The notes under the pieces are model-generated. The model was given only the letters and a program-made list of their open reading frames with translations, had not been told where the DNA came from and ran no database searches. From an uncultured virus (IMG/VR IMGVR_UViG_3300044646_001664) (Duplodnaviria > Heunggongvirae > Uroviricota > Caudoviricetes), in the IMG/VR virus record IMGVR_UViG_3300044646_001664: 36,534 nt of DNA; one strand, 5' to 3'. Made by a program: the position numbers and the translations under genes. Below are positions 14,440-24,400 of this stretch, in pieces. Position 1 is the first letter of the stretch, and each line of letters starts with the position of its first letter.

Positions 14440-16224
14440 TTATATTAAGTTTAAGTTATCTAGAAAATCCTTAACATCGTTAGGCATTTCCCGATTATCT
14501 AATTCTACCATACGTTGCTGTTTTTCTGCAAGTCGAGTTGCAGAACTCCAGGTATGGACCTCAATTTCTGTATTATTATTCTTTGGGGTATGAGATATTG
14601 CCCCAAATACCGCTCCACAGACAGCATCCGCTAAGTCTTTGGATTTTTTACGAGGGTGATCTACTCTGTTTCCCTTCATAATTTTTAGTTCTGACATTTC
14701 TTCCAACAATAATGGAATCATAGGAATTGCTACTCGCTCTTCATAAACCATCATTGCTAAATCTTCGTAATGTTTTTTGGCAACTGAAACAGTTTCTGTT
14801 CTAATACCAACAGCCTGTAGTTCATTTTGAATATCAAATGATTGCCAGCGGTCAAAAGAAACCATGCCAATATTAAATCCTTCCCTACGTAAATTAATTA
14901 TCCATTGTTTTACTTCAGATAAGTTAACTGGACCTTCTGATCTTGGTTCCCACCACACAACAGCATCAACAACAACTATAGGGGCTACCTGCTCATAATC
15001 TTTAATAACTTGAATGTTAACCCATTTGTCAACATGTGCAATAGCAACAGCACATTTGTCATGTTTTTGTGCAAGGTCAGCATGAATATAGTATGTTTTT
15101 TCTGGATCTGGTTTAAATGTCTCTTCAAACCTTTTAAACAAATCTATTGGATTTCTTGTATTCATACATTTTTCTAACTTTTCTTTTTGTTTAAAGAAGG
15201 CATCTGAGGCATACGTTGGGACACATGCAAAACGCATCATAGCATCACCAAGGTCTGTATAAAATGCTAGTTTAAAATCATCTATCTTTCTTGTTGGATT
15301 TACTTCCCATGTAGGTCTTTTAAATGCTAATACCCTTGGAACTTTGTAGGAAATAATTTGATCTTCTTCCCATGTAATTTCAAATTGATTGTTTGGGTCA
15401 TTATGTGGTAAGTCTTCATTCATAATAAAAGTATGTTTCTTTTCTATTGATTCTTTTTCCATAATTACATCTTCATACCGTTTTGAAATAAAGTCACCTT
15501 GATAACGAGGGAATGAAAGAAGAACAACCTTACCAAGATCTGGAAAACGAGAGTCTACCGATCCACGAAATGCTTTATAAATATTTTCTGCAGTCTTACC
15601 TTGTTCATTACCAGTTCCAACCTCAGAAGCAAATCCAGAAATTTCATCAAGTACTGCAAGCAACAAGTTTAAACCTTCATGAGATTCTCTTTCTGAGTGC
15701 CCAGAGTAGACAGTGATTGATTTATCAAACTCAACACTATCAGCCTTAGCATTATACTTACCTGCAAACCAAGGAGATTTTTCAATCTTTGTTTTAAAAC
15801 CTTTAAAGAAAACGTTCTTAGCCTGTTGTGCGTTAATGGCAACGTTAATTAAATCTATCGCATCCCCGCTTGGTTTTCCGAAGTATCTTGCGGGGTCTTT
15901 AAGACAAAGTAACTTATAAACAATGTAAGCACAAGCAACAGTGGAAGTAAAATCTTTACCGCTACCCTTCCCCAATTGTAATATGATTTCGTTTTTTGTA
16001 TATTTGTCATAGTATCTAGCCCCTTCTACAGATCCATAAAGTTCTTGTAAATCTTCTTTTTTGTATATCTGACTCATTGCTTCAACTATGTCATACTGGA
16101 TTGCTGACAAGGTTGGTTGACCAAGATAATCAGATGACTCAACAAATGTTTTAACATCTACTGGTTTTTCATCAAATTGATTCTCTTTTAGTACATCTAA
16201 AAAATCATTAAACATCTTGGACAA
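14440..16224 (-). CDS. terL: Terminase large subunit
   Basis: LGKGSGKD Walker A, AVLDEISGF Walker B, LLSFPR motif III, nuclease IHADLA, FDRWQS and KDLADAV. Start is TTG 16224 or ATG 16215. Confidence 0.88.
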   Translation of the reverse strand: MSKMFNDFLDVLKENQFDEKPVDVKTFVESSDYLGQPTLSAIQYDIVEAMSQIYKKEDLQELYGSVEGARYYDKYTKNEIILQLGKGSGKDFTSTVACAYIVYKLLCLKDPARYFGKPSGDAIDLINVAINAQQAKNVFFKGFKTKIEKSPWFAGKYNAKADSVEFDKSITVYSGHSERESHEGLNLLLAVLDEISGFASEVGTGNEQGKTAENIYKAFRGSVDSRFPDLGKVVLLSFPRYQGDFISKRYEDVIMEKESIEKKHTFIMNEDLPHNDPNNQFEITWEEDQIISYKVPRVLAFKRPTWEVNPTRKIDDFKLAFYTDLGDAMMRFACVPTYASDAFFKQKEKLEKCMNTRNPIDLFKRFEETFKPDPEKTYYIHADLAQKHDKCAVAIAHVDKWVNIQVIKDYEQVAPIVVVDAVVWWEPRSEGPVNLSEVKQWIINLRREGFNIGMVSFDRWQSFDIQNELQAVGIRTETVSVAKKHYEDLAMMVYEERVAIPMIPLLLEEMSELKIMKGNRVDHPRKKSKDLADAVCGAVFGAISHTPKNNNTEIEVHTWSSATRLAEKQQRMVELDNREMPNDVKDFLDNLNLI

Positions 16225-16741
16225 TCGTAATGACTTCGCCTTCTTTTGCAATTTGTGAAAGTCTGTGCATAATTAAATCACGAACTTCTGGATGCGTAGA
16301 AGCAATTTCTCTAAGTATTTCAACAAGGACTTCTTGTCGTCTTTCAATTTGAACCATCTCTTCGGCAAGTTCTTTATTTTCTAACAAACCAGCCTTTTGA
16401 AGCATTTCAATTCTAGATTTTTCAATATCCATAACAAGTTTAATAGCCTGAGTCTTTGCACTAAGGTTATTTGTCATACTTGATTCATCAATAACCTCAT
16501 AAGCCTTTGTAATAAGTTTGCTATAGTGTGTGTCTGCTCCAGCAAGGGCTTCTTTAGCCCGTGCACGAATTGCATCATTAGCAGATGCCATAACTTTCCA
16601 CTCATTAATTAATGCAACAACACGAGTTCTAGGCATGTCTAGTTCTTTAGATATTTTTGTTGGGTCTTGACCCTTTAAATATTCTGTAACTACTTTGTTT
16701 ACTTCATCTAAATGTTGAACCAATTCTATTTCAGTTGACAT
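16208..16741 (-). CDS. HTH plus helical protein, terminase small subunit candidate
   Basis: N-terminal HTH (PTKISKELDMPRTRVVALI) and a coiled-coil body. Overlaps the terL start. Confidence 0.55.
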   Translation of the reverse strand: MSTEIELVQHLDEVNKVVTEYLKGQDPTKISKELDMPRTRVVALINEWKVMASANDAIRARAKEALAGADTHYSKLITKAYEVIDESSMTNNLSAKTQAIKLVMDIEKSRIEMLQKAGLLENKELAEEMVQIERRQEVLVEILREIASTHPEVRDLIMHRLSQIAKEGEVITIVQDV

Positions 16742-16976
16742 GATATTTTCCTTCTAAACGATTAATCTCATCTTTAATATAAAAAATTGCTTTTTCTAAA
16801 TCTTGGATTGTTTTTTGTTCATCTTTAAGTCCTGCTCTCCACAAATACTTAAAGGCATTTCCAATATTAAAATTGCGGTGACGTGTAATTTGTATACACT
16901 CAACCCCACTAGGATCAGTCGTGTAGTGTAAAGGATGGTTGACTTGATCAACCGTAATGTTTAAATTATTACTCAT
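16731..16976 (-). CDS. DUF3310 family protein
   Basis: DQVNHPLHY, ECI, GNAFKYLWRAGLK and DLEKAIFYI signature. Confidence 0.85.
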   Translation of the reverse strand: MSNNLNITVDQVNHPLHYTTDPSGVECIQITRHRNFNIGNAFKYLWRAGLKDEQKTIQDLEKAIFYIKDEINRLEGKYHVN

Positions 16977-17128
16977 CGCTTTGATTTCCTTAATCCAAAT
17001 TTTGCAAGGTATACATAGATTGTTTCTATGCTTGCCCCGCACTCCTTGGCAATATCTTGTGGAGATTTTTTATCTATAAGATATCTCTTACGAAGCCAAA
17101 CCTCACTTGTATACAGTTTACCAGTCAT
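16973..17128 (-). CDS. Small HTH DNA-binding protein
   Basis: WLRKRY...SPQDIAKECGASIETIYVYLAKFGL. Confidence 0.75.
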   Translation of the reverse strand: MTGKLYTSEVWLRKRYLIDKKSPQDIAKECGASIETIYVYLAKFGLRKSKR

Positions 17129-17143
17129 AAGATTATTTGTCAA
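17115..17143 (-). promoter_or_regulatory. Sigma70-type promoter overlapping the HTH gene start
   Basis: TTGACA-N17-TAAACT with TGG before the -10. Confidence 0.5.
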
Positions 17144-17777
17144 CCCCAGTTTCATTAATATCATAGTTAAACCTATTACTGTCTTCTAAATTCCATTTAT
17201 CTTGATTCTCTACGTCCCACTTATACTCATTGATTACTCTATCTATGACATAGTCCTTTTTTAAAGTAAATGAAGGTTCGTATATGCGAACCCTATTGTT
17301 AGGTTGAATAGCAAAGTTGCCATCATCTCTTTGTATGACATGTCCACACTTGTGTTCAGAAGGACTTTCAGAGTATCCATCATCTATTACGTTAGTATCT
17401 GGGTTATGCCAATCAAGAGTAAATAGGTAAGTACCTTTGTGCATTGTTTTTGTTCTATCAATATATGACATTCTAAGGTTTGTGAGGTTTTCAAATTTAG
17501 TCACAGATATGTGATGGCTAAAGGCATTCCATAAAACTAAATTATGTAAGTCTACTTCAGGAACTCCAGGTTTTGTACAAAATGCACTAATTGGCAGTCT
17601 CCACCATAGCCCACCATCTTCCATCATTATGTGAAATAAAGGACTTCTGCTTTTTATACTAGCAACACCAAATATAACACATGGAAAGTACTTGTCATGA
17701 CTATCTAATTGATTCCTTAAATAGTTTCCACGCACGTAACACTCTATGGGTGGTATGTTTGCATTTAACTCTGGCAT
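17133..17777 (-). CDS. Conserved phage hypothetical protein
   Basis: 214 aa with LNANIPP, YLFTLDW, EHKCGH and GNFAIQPNNR motifs. Function unknown. Confidence 0.7.
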   Translation of the reverse strand: MPELNANIPPIECYVRGNYLRNQLDSHDKYFPCVIFGVASIKSRSPLFHIMMEDGGLWWRLPISAFCTKPGVPEVDLHNLVLWNAFSHHISVTKFENLTNLRMSYIDRTKTMHKGTYLFTLDWHNPDTNVIDDGYSESPSEHKCGHVIQRDDGNFAIQPNNRVRIYEPSFTLKKDYVIDRVINEYKWDVENQDKWNLEDSNRFNYDINETGVDK

Positions 17778-17950
17778 TATTTGTTATCCCTTTTTATAGT
17801 AGTAAGTTTATCCCAATACCCACCAGGATTTCCTTGATAAATTTGTCCAGTTTCACGATCTACTAACAGCCATTTTTCTGGACACAATGTTTTTACAATT
17901 AAAGAAATTTCATTTTCTTCTTCTTTAAAAATAAAACTATCTCTATTCAT
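17777..17950 (-). CDS. 57-aa hypothetical protein (absent from the ORF track)
   Basis: MNRDSFIFKEEENEISLIVKTLCPEKWLLVDRETGQIYQGNPGGYWDK.... AGGA SD; coupled to both neighbours. Confidence 0.65.
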   Translation of the reverse strand: MNRDSFIFKEEENEISLIVKTLCPEKWLLVDRETGQIYQGNPGGYWDKLTTIKRDNK

Positions 17951-18533
17951 TATATCCTATTGCTTTATTCCAATTATTAATAGCCCAGTGACCAATACCA
18001 CAAGCGTCAGCAACGTCATTATCGTTAATACTTTTATCATAGTTGATTTCAATTAACTTCATTGTTCTTTCTTTTCTTATCTGCCGTTCAAATGTTTTAT
18101 ACCAAGAGATTGATTTTCCAGGATTTTTTAATCTAATCTCTAGTTGTTCTTCTTTACTTAATTTTTTATTTCCTAAATAGTTTTGCCAGGTAATTGGGGC
18201 TACGGTTCCTATTTGTTTTGTTCCAGTTAGCCCTGCTGCACCAAGCAATGCACCCTGAACCAATGCAAGATCTGCAGCAGTCTTAGGACTATTCATAAAG
18301 ACTGTGTGTTCAATTACTATTGCTTCAAATCCACCAGAGTATTCAAAAAATGCTTTTGTTTTAGCACAAGCGTCCATTACTTTTTCATAATTATTATTAC
18401 CTTCAAATTTTATTTTTCCAATAGTCTCAAGTTTTTTATTTTCAAATAACGCAAAAGCAAGGCTGTTAGTACTAGCATCAATGGCACATATTTTATTTGG
18501 TTCCACTACTGCACCCCACTTAGTCTTGTTCAT
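17943..18533 (-). CDS. ruvC: RuvC-like Holliday junction resolvase
   Basis: CAIDAST (Asp), IVIEH (Glu) and NDVADACGI (DxxD), RNase H fold. Confidence 0.8.
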   Translation of the reverse strand: MNKTKWGAVVEPNKICAIDASTNSLAFALFENKKLETIGKIKFEGNNNYEKVMDACAKTKAFFEYSGGFEAIVIEHTVFMNSPKTAADLALVQGALLGAAGLTGTKQIGTVAPITWQNYLGNKKLSKEEQLEIRLKNPGKSISWYKTFERQIRKERTMKLIEINYDKSINDNDVADACGIGHWAINNWNKAIGYNE

Positions 18534-18810
18534 AATCAAAAAATCCTTTTATTTGTTTTAACATTTTATCAACATTTTTTTTACTTACATTACAATTTGA
18601 ACAAAATCCAGAGTCGTTATAAATTGATAGGTCTACGCCACAACCACCAAGGCATTTTCTTACCTTGCCAATTCTTTTTTTTCTACGAGTTATGTGGTAG
18701 CGTTGCACAATTTTATCTTTTGTTGCAATGTCTCTACACTCAATCCCGCAGTAAATTTGATAACTTACTTTGGGATTAAATGCCTTATCACATTGATCAC
18801 ATAGTTTCAC
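18520..18810 (-). CDS. Cys-rich Zn-finger hypothetical protein
   Basis: CDQC...YCGIEC and CLGGC...FCSNC. Confidence 0.7.
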   Translation of the reverse strand: MKLCDQCDKAFNPKVSYQIYCGIECRDIATKDKIVQRYHITRRKKRIGKVRKCLGGCGVDLSIYNDSGFCSNCNVSKKNVDKMLKQIKGFFDYEQD

Positions 18811-19642
18811 TTAATTCCTCAAGAGGTTTAATTTTTAAAACCCCTACTTCTGCCTCTGCACAGGCTTTTTGGATAGGACAAACTTTACAGATTTTTGAGT
18901 TTGCTCTATATGTTTTTACTGGAATATCTCTATCTGTCCAAGCCTTGCGAACTTGTTTCATCCAGTCAAAAGCGTAATTAACCCAGTTACGATATTCATC
19001 ATTTACTAATACTGGCAAAGTTAATAATTCATGATTATTTTTATTTTCATAAATTAAAACACCTTTATCTTTTTTTAATATCTTCATATACATTAGTAAT
19101 TGCATAAGGTGTTTGCCTTTTGCTTTTCTATTTGCTTTTTTATATTCAAATCCATCGTTTGGCATTGTCTTAATTTCACCAAGAATTGATTCACCTTTAT
19201 AGTCAAGCATTACATCCCCATAGCCAAAGATAGGAGGATCATCTACCTTAACTGTAAACTCTAATGCTGGATGTTTTTGTTTGCCATACTTACGCTCTGT
19301 TTCAAACTCCATATCTTTATCTAAGATATCTGCTTTAATCATTGCATCTTGAATTCGATCATGGCTTAAAGAACCACTTGTCCTATTTGCTACACCATAT
19401 GGGTCAGCATTATCATAAAACACTGCGCCATCAAAAGCAAGATACCAAAACCTTGCACATTCTCCAGCACCATAAGTAAGTGTTGATGGAGAAAAAGAAT
19501 ATTTCTTAGTAAACTTTGGTTTAATATCTGCTACATATCCTTGTTGAATAGCGTCTACTAATCCTTCTGTATACCCAATATCTTCGTTATGTTTTGGTTC
19601 ATCTGTTCTAATCATAATTTGTTTTAGTAAGTTTTTACTCAT
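18797..19642 (-). CDS. Cas4-like PD-(D/E)xK exonuclease
   Basis: ECAR, G..D...GEIKT, HLMQLLMYM and CKVCPIQKAC (four-Cys Fe-S pattern). Confidence 0.8.
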   Translation of the reverse strand: MSKNLLKQIMIRTDEPKHNEDIGYTEGLVDAIQQGYVADIKPKFTKKYSFSPSTLTYGAGECARFWYLAFDGAVFYDNADPYGVANRTSGSLSHDRIQDAMIKADILDKDMEFETERKYGKQKHPALEFTVKVDDPPIFGYGDVMLDYKGESILGEIKTMPNDGFEYKKANRKAKGKHLMQLLMYMKILKKDKGVLIYENKNNHELLTLPVLVNDEYRNWVNYAFDWMKQVRKAWTDRDIPVKTYRANSKICKVCPIQKACAEAEVGVLKIKPLEELSETM

Positions 19643-19663
19643 GTTTTATCCTTTGTTTATATA

Positions 19664-19672
19664 AGTATACCA
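19664..19672 (-). promoter_or_regulatory. Extended -10 promoter upstream of the Cas4-like gene
   Basis: Intergenic TGGTATACT followed by an AAGGA SD. Confidence 0.55.
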
Positions 19673-19674
19673 GG

Positions 19675-19992
19675 TTAGCGTATTATGTATTTAAGTGCTG
19701 ACACTAAGTTGTTAATTGATTCTGCTGCCGTGAAATATATGTTTTTCTTTGCCCTATCGCCTTTATCTACATTAGCCATCCAGGTTGCTTTGAATGACAT
19801 TTTTGCTGCAATTGCCTGAAGTCTTACAATTTCAACAGTAGCAACATTAAACGGAACATCTGGTTTAATGATTAATTTAGCAATCATTGTTAAGGCGGTT
19901 GTTAACTCTTCGTCATTCATATAGTCAGCAATCTCAGTCAAACCATTGACCATATCTATAGTTGTTCCTGTTTGTTTAACTTGCTCTATCAT
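19675..19992 (-). CDS. Conserved helical hypothetical protein
   Basis: 105-aa ORF within the recombination operon. Confidence 0.7.
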   Translation of the reverse strand: MIEQVKQTGTTIDMVNGLTEIADYMNDEELTTALTMIAKLIIKPDVPFNVATVEIVRLQAIAAKMSFKATWMANVDKGDRAKKNIYFTAAESINNLVSALKYIIR

Positions 19993-19993
19993 T

Positions 19994-20284
19994 TTACTTA
20001 CCCTCCGTTAGTTGTTCTAAAAGATCCATTTCAATTATAGCAAGCCTTACCTTTGTATTACCTTCTCCAAGTATTACAACAATTGCTGGAGACTTATCAA
20101 TCCCCGACTTTATTGAATCAGTAACAGCCTTAGCCCATACATCTTTATTTAATGTAAAAGATTTTCCAACTTCTTTAAAATCAACTATAAAGTTTCTCCA
20201 AGTTGCATCGCCTTTTTTATTATTGCGACCAGAGTTTTTATGTTGTTTAGCCCCAATTCTTTTAGATTCGCTTCTTTCACTCAT
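19994..20284 (-). CDS. Hjc-like PD-(D/E)xK endonuclease/resolvase
   Basis: SGR...KGDA...IVDFKE pattern. Confidence 0.55.
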   Translation of the reverse strand: MSERSESKRIGAKQHKNSGRNNKKGDATWRNFIVDFKEVGKSFTLNKDVWAKAVTDSIKSGIDKSPAIVVILGEGNTKVRLAIIEMDLLEQLTEGK

Positions 20285-20459
20285 TAACAAAATCCTTCTT
20301 TTTTCTTTTTGGTGGAATTAACCCAACTTTAGATATATGTTTTTTAGAACACATCCAGGTTGCATCACCAGTTTCTCTCCAATACCTTAAAGAACTAACT
20401 TCTTCTTGACAAGTTTTGCATGGAAACTTGCCTGGATATATTGTAAAATTGTTAGACAT
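20277..20459 (-). CDS. Small Zn-ribbon hypothetical protein
   Basis: CKTC...WMCSKKH; overlaps both neighbours. Confidence 0.65.
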   Translation of the reverse strand: MSNNFTIYPGKFPCKTCQEEVSSLRYWRETGDATWMCSKKHISKVGLIPPKRKKKDFVNE

Positions 20460-21465
20460 TACTTAGTTTAGTCCTTAACTGTTGTTGTAAGTCTAAATCT
20501 TCTTTTATTCTATTAATAATTCCTTCTCTTCCTTGTACCTTTGTACCGTCATCTAATTGATACCAGGCTCCAGTTCTATTTAATAGACCAACTGACTCAG
20601 CCGTATCAACAAGATCACCAATAGCGTCAATGCCAATATTATCTCCACGGAAATAGAAATCGTATTCCCCAGATTGGAATCCAGGAGACGTTTTAGAAAA
20701 TTGTAACTCCCAACGAATCTTTCTACCAATCTTTTCTTCAATGAGTTTATCGCCAACCTTAATCTTACCTTTGATAGCCTGATTGTCGGACTCAGAGGAA
20801 AATAACTTGATAACACAAGATGAATAGAATTTAGTAGCCTGCCCACCAGAAGGCTGCTGGCTAGTATACATAGCACTAATATTGTTACGGCTCTGACTAA
20901 TAAGAACCAAAAGAGTTGGCTTAATTTTATTATTTGCATAATTAAGCATTTTCCAAGCGTTACTAAAATCACGAGACTCCGCTCCAATCTGTTTTGTATT
21001 TTCTAAAGCCTTCATTTCATCTGTATCTTTTTCAAAATATATGGCAGGAAGCATAGAAGTTATAGAGTCGATGACAATTAAATCAACTCCAGCATTTATA
21101 AGTCCAACACCAACATCTACCATATCGCTAATAGTTCTTGCTTGAGAGTAAATTAATTTTGTTGGATCAACCCCTAATTTCTTTGCCCAATCTTCAGAGT
21201 ATGACATTTCAGAATCAATCCATGCACAGACCTTGCCTTCTGCTTGCGCCAAAGCAATCATCTGTAAACACATAGATGACTTAGCCGATGACTTACTTCC
21301 CCATACCAGGACTTGTCTACCGTATGGTAGTCCACCGCCTAGGGCACGGTTTAATCCAAAACTTGGTGTTGGTTGATAATCAAAACTAATACCTTCGCCA
21401 GTTCCAAGTCGTTTTCTAAGTCTTGGATCTAATTGAGATAATACATCTTCTACACTAACTGACAT
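20452..21465 (-). CDS. recA: RecA-like recombinase
   Basis: LGGGLPYGR, GSKSSAKS, WIDSE, LIVIDS, SGGQATKFYSS and GAWY. Confidence 0.92.
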   Translation of the reverse strand: MSVSVEDVLSQLDPRLRKRLGTGEGISFDYQPTPSFGLNRALGGGLPYGRQVLVWGSKSSAKSSMCLQMIALAQAEGKVCAWIDSEMSYSEDWAKKLGVDPTKLIYSQARTISDMVDVGVGLINAGVDLIVIDSITSMLPAIYFEKDTDEMKALENTKQIGAESRDFSNAWKMLNYANNKIKPTLLVLISQSRNNISAMYTSQQPSGGQATKFYSSCVIKLFSSESDNQAIKGKIKVGDKLIEEKIGRKIRWELQFSKTSPGFQSGEYDFYFRGDNIGIDAIGDLVDTAESVGLLNRTGAWYQLDDGTKVQGREGIINRIKEDLDLQQQLRTKLSNV

Positions 21466-24400
21466 TTACATCCTCCATTATAACGGTTCCATCTTTGGTT
21501 TTACCAAAACTAAATTTATACGATTTACCTTCTTCAATATGCATATATGCTTTAGGAAATGCAGTAGGAAATACTGTAACAGAGTGTAAGTCTCTAGCCG
21601 TATCTGCTAAAGTTAAAGAAGCCATTTTCTTTCCAGCCTTTGTAATTCTTGGTTTAAAAGAAACTACAAACATTTCTTCCTCACTATATGGTAATTGTTT
21701 GTAACCTAAAAACTTAACAAGTGCATTTGAAGATTCTTTTATTTCATCAACAGGAATTGCAGAGACAATCCTATTGTCATTAGCAAGAACCAAATAAGTA
21801 CGACCCGTCTCAATAGTCGTTCCTTCTTCATCAAATATACCAACACTCCCAGTTTTGTCAAGAATTTCAACTCGTGACCATCCCTTTCCTCGTTTAATTG
21901 CTTTAACCATACCCATTAAAATGTATGATCCCTTTTCTTCAAATGAATCAACGTCTTGAATAAATGCATAATAGTGTGAGGGAATTGTTATGTTAAACTC
22001 TGGTAGATTTAAGTATTCATAAATATTTTCTTTAATCTCACTATCGTTTCTTTCATTATCGGCAAAGGTTGCTGCACCAATAAGTCTAAGAGCGTTAAGC
22101 GCTCTACTGTTTACGCCATTACCTTTTGTAAAGGTAAATTCTTCAAGTTCTTTGTATGTTTTAAATGGACGAGCAGCAATATATTTTTCAGCAATGTTAT
22201 TAGAAATAAACTTAATTCCTGTTAGCCCAAACCTTATGCCTTTACCTTCAATTTTAAAATCAAGATCTGAATCATTTATATGAGGTAGTTTAACTGATAT
22301 GCCCATACGTTTTGCTTCAATTAGATATTCTGTTCTACCGTCTTTATCCTTTTCATTTTTAAGAAGGGCAAACATAAACTCAAGTGGATAGTAGTATTTT
22401 AACCACGCCGTCCAATACGAGAGCGTAGAGTAAGCAACCGCATGAGACTTGTTGAACGAGTATCCCGCATGCGCCTCAAAGTCATGCCATAGATCACGAG
22501 CCTGATTGGGAGCAATATAGGCAGAAGCACCAGTAATAAAACGTTCTTTATAAATATCGAACTCTTTTGCATCTTTCTTCTTTCCAATAATTTTACGTAC
22601 CTTGTCAGCATCAGACATTGACATTCCACCTAGGTGAACACAAGCCTGCATAACTTGCTCTTGATACAGGATACACCCATATGTATCATCTGTGAACTCT
22701 TTCATAATTTGGTGGGTATAGGAAACATTCTGCTTACCATGCTTACGAGCAATATAGTCTTTACCAATAGTATTCATAGCACCTGGACGAACTAAAGCAT
22801 TTGATGCTGCTAACTCATTAAAGTTCTTTACTCCCATTTTTACTAGGAGGTTTGTATATGGTGTTGCTTCACACTGGAATACACCTTTTGTATACCCGTC
22901 TGAAAGCATCTCATATACTTTGGGATCTGCCATATCAATTGATAAAAGATCGATGTCTTTGTAGTGATTTTGTTTAATCATATCAATAGCATCTTTTACT
23001 ACGCTTAAAGTTTTAAGACCTAATGCGTCAATTTTAATAAGACCAATCTTTTCAGCCTCTTCCATATCAACACCAACCACAGGAATGCGATCATCGGATC
23101 CAGGAGAAGAGCGAGTTTCCAATGGCGCATACCTAAATATTGGATCCTTACTAGTAACCACACCAGCAGCATGAATGCCAGTACCTCTAATACGACCACG
23201 TAATTGTTCTCCATAAATCTCCACCTCTGGATATTTTTCTCTAAACCACAGTGTAGTTTTAGAGGTACAATATTCATCCCAAGTATCGACTAACTTTAAT
23301 ACTTTGTTAACATCTGTTAATGGTATATCTAAAACTCGTGCAACATCTCTTACAACACCTTTATCTTTAAACTCAAGGAATGTAGCAATAGATGCTACGT
23401 GTCTATACTGTCTAACTAAATAATCTTTTACTTCATCACGACGAGTATCTTGAATGTCCGTATCAATATCAGGAAAGTCGTTACGTTCTGGATTAATAAA
23501 ACGGAAAAACAAAAGACCATGTTCTATTGGATCAATTGTTGTAATACCAAGTAAATAACAAACTAAAGAACCAGCAGATGATCCACGACCTGGACCAACT
23601 AAAACACCTTCTTTTTTAGCCCAATTAATCATATTGCTTACTACAAGAAAATATGGTGCAAATTTTTTATTACGAATAATTTCTAACTCTTCGTCAAGTC
23701 TTTGTTCATAAATATCATTTCCAAGCCAGTTGTCGGTAAGCCGATATTTTTCAAGTCCTGCAAACGCTAAGTTTGCTAACTCTTGATCTGGGTTTTTATA
23801 TTGAACTGGTAAAAGATTTAGCCCATCTTTAATGTCATAGTCTTCTACTGTATCTGCTAAAAGTGTTGTGTTTGAGTATATGTCTGGTCGATCAATACCC
23901 TGCAGTTCCATTGCTGCCTTAATTTCTTCATAAGATAATAGATGGATATCAAATTTATTAAATGTTATTTGGCGGTCTTCTCCGTATAAATAGTCAAGTC
24001 TTTCCATCATATCTGTTTTCTTTTTAGACTTTTCGTATGTTGCTTCTTTGTTTATTTTTTCATGTGTATTTAAAATTAACTTAAATTCTTGTATTTCTTT
24101 TTGCAATGTATCTGAATGATGACAGTCTGGTGTAACAACAACCTTTATATCAAACTCATCAGCAAGTTCAATAAGATATTTATTTATTTCTGGTGTGTTG
24201 TGTGGCATAACCTCAATATAGTAATCGCTACCAAAGTTATCTTTAAACCAGTTAATGTTCTTTTTAGCAATTGCAAACTCTTGCTCTTCTAGTGCTTTAA
24301 CAATAACGCTACTAGGACAAGCAGAGGTTACAATAATTCCTTCTTTATACTTTTTAAGAATCTCAAAGTCAAACCTTGGTTTCTTAAAAAACCCATCTGT

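Noticed and set aside
18797..19642. Cas4-like gene as evidence of a CRISPR system
   Set aside because: No repeat-spacer array or other cas genes are seen; solo Cas4-like nucleases are common in phage recombination blocks.
20580..23277. Nested same-strand ORFs within recA and dnaE (20580-20987, 22399-22629, 23020-23277)
   Set aside because: Alternative-frame ORFs inside conserved genes, with no motifs or clear translation signals.
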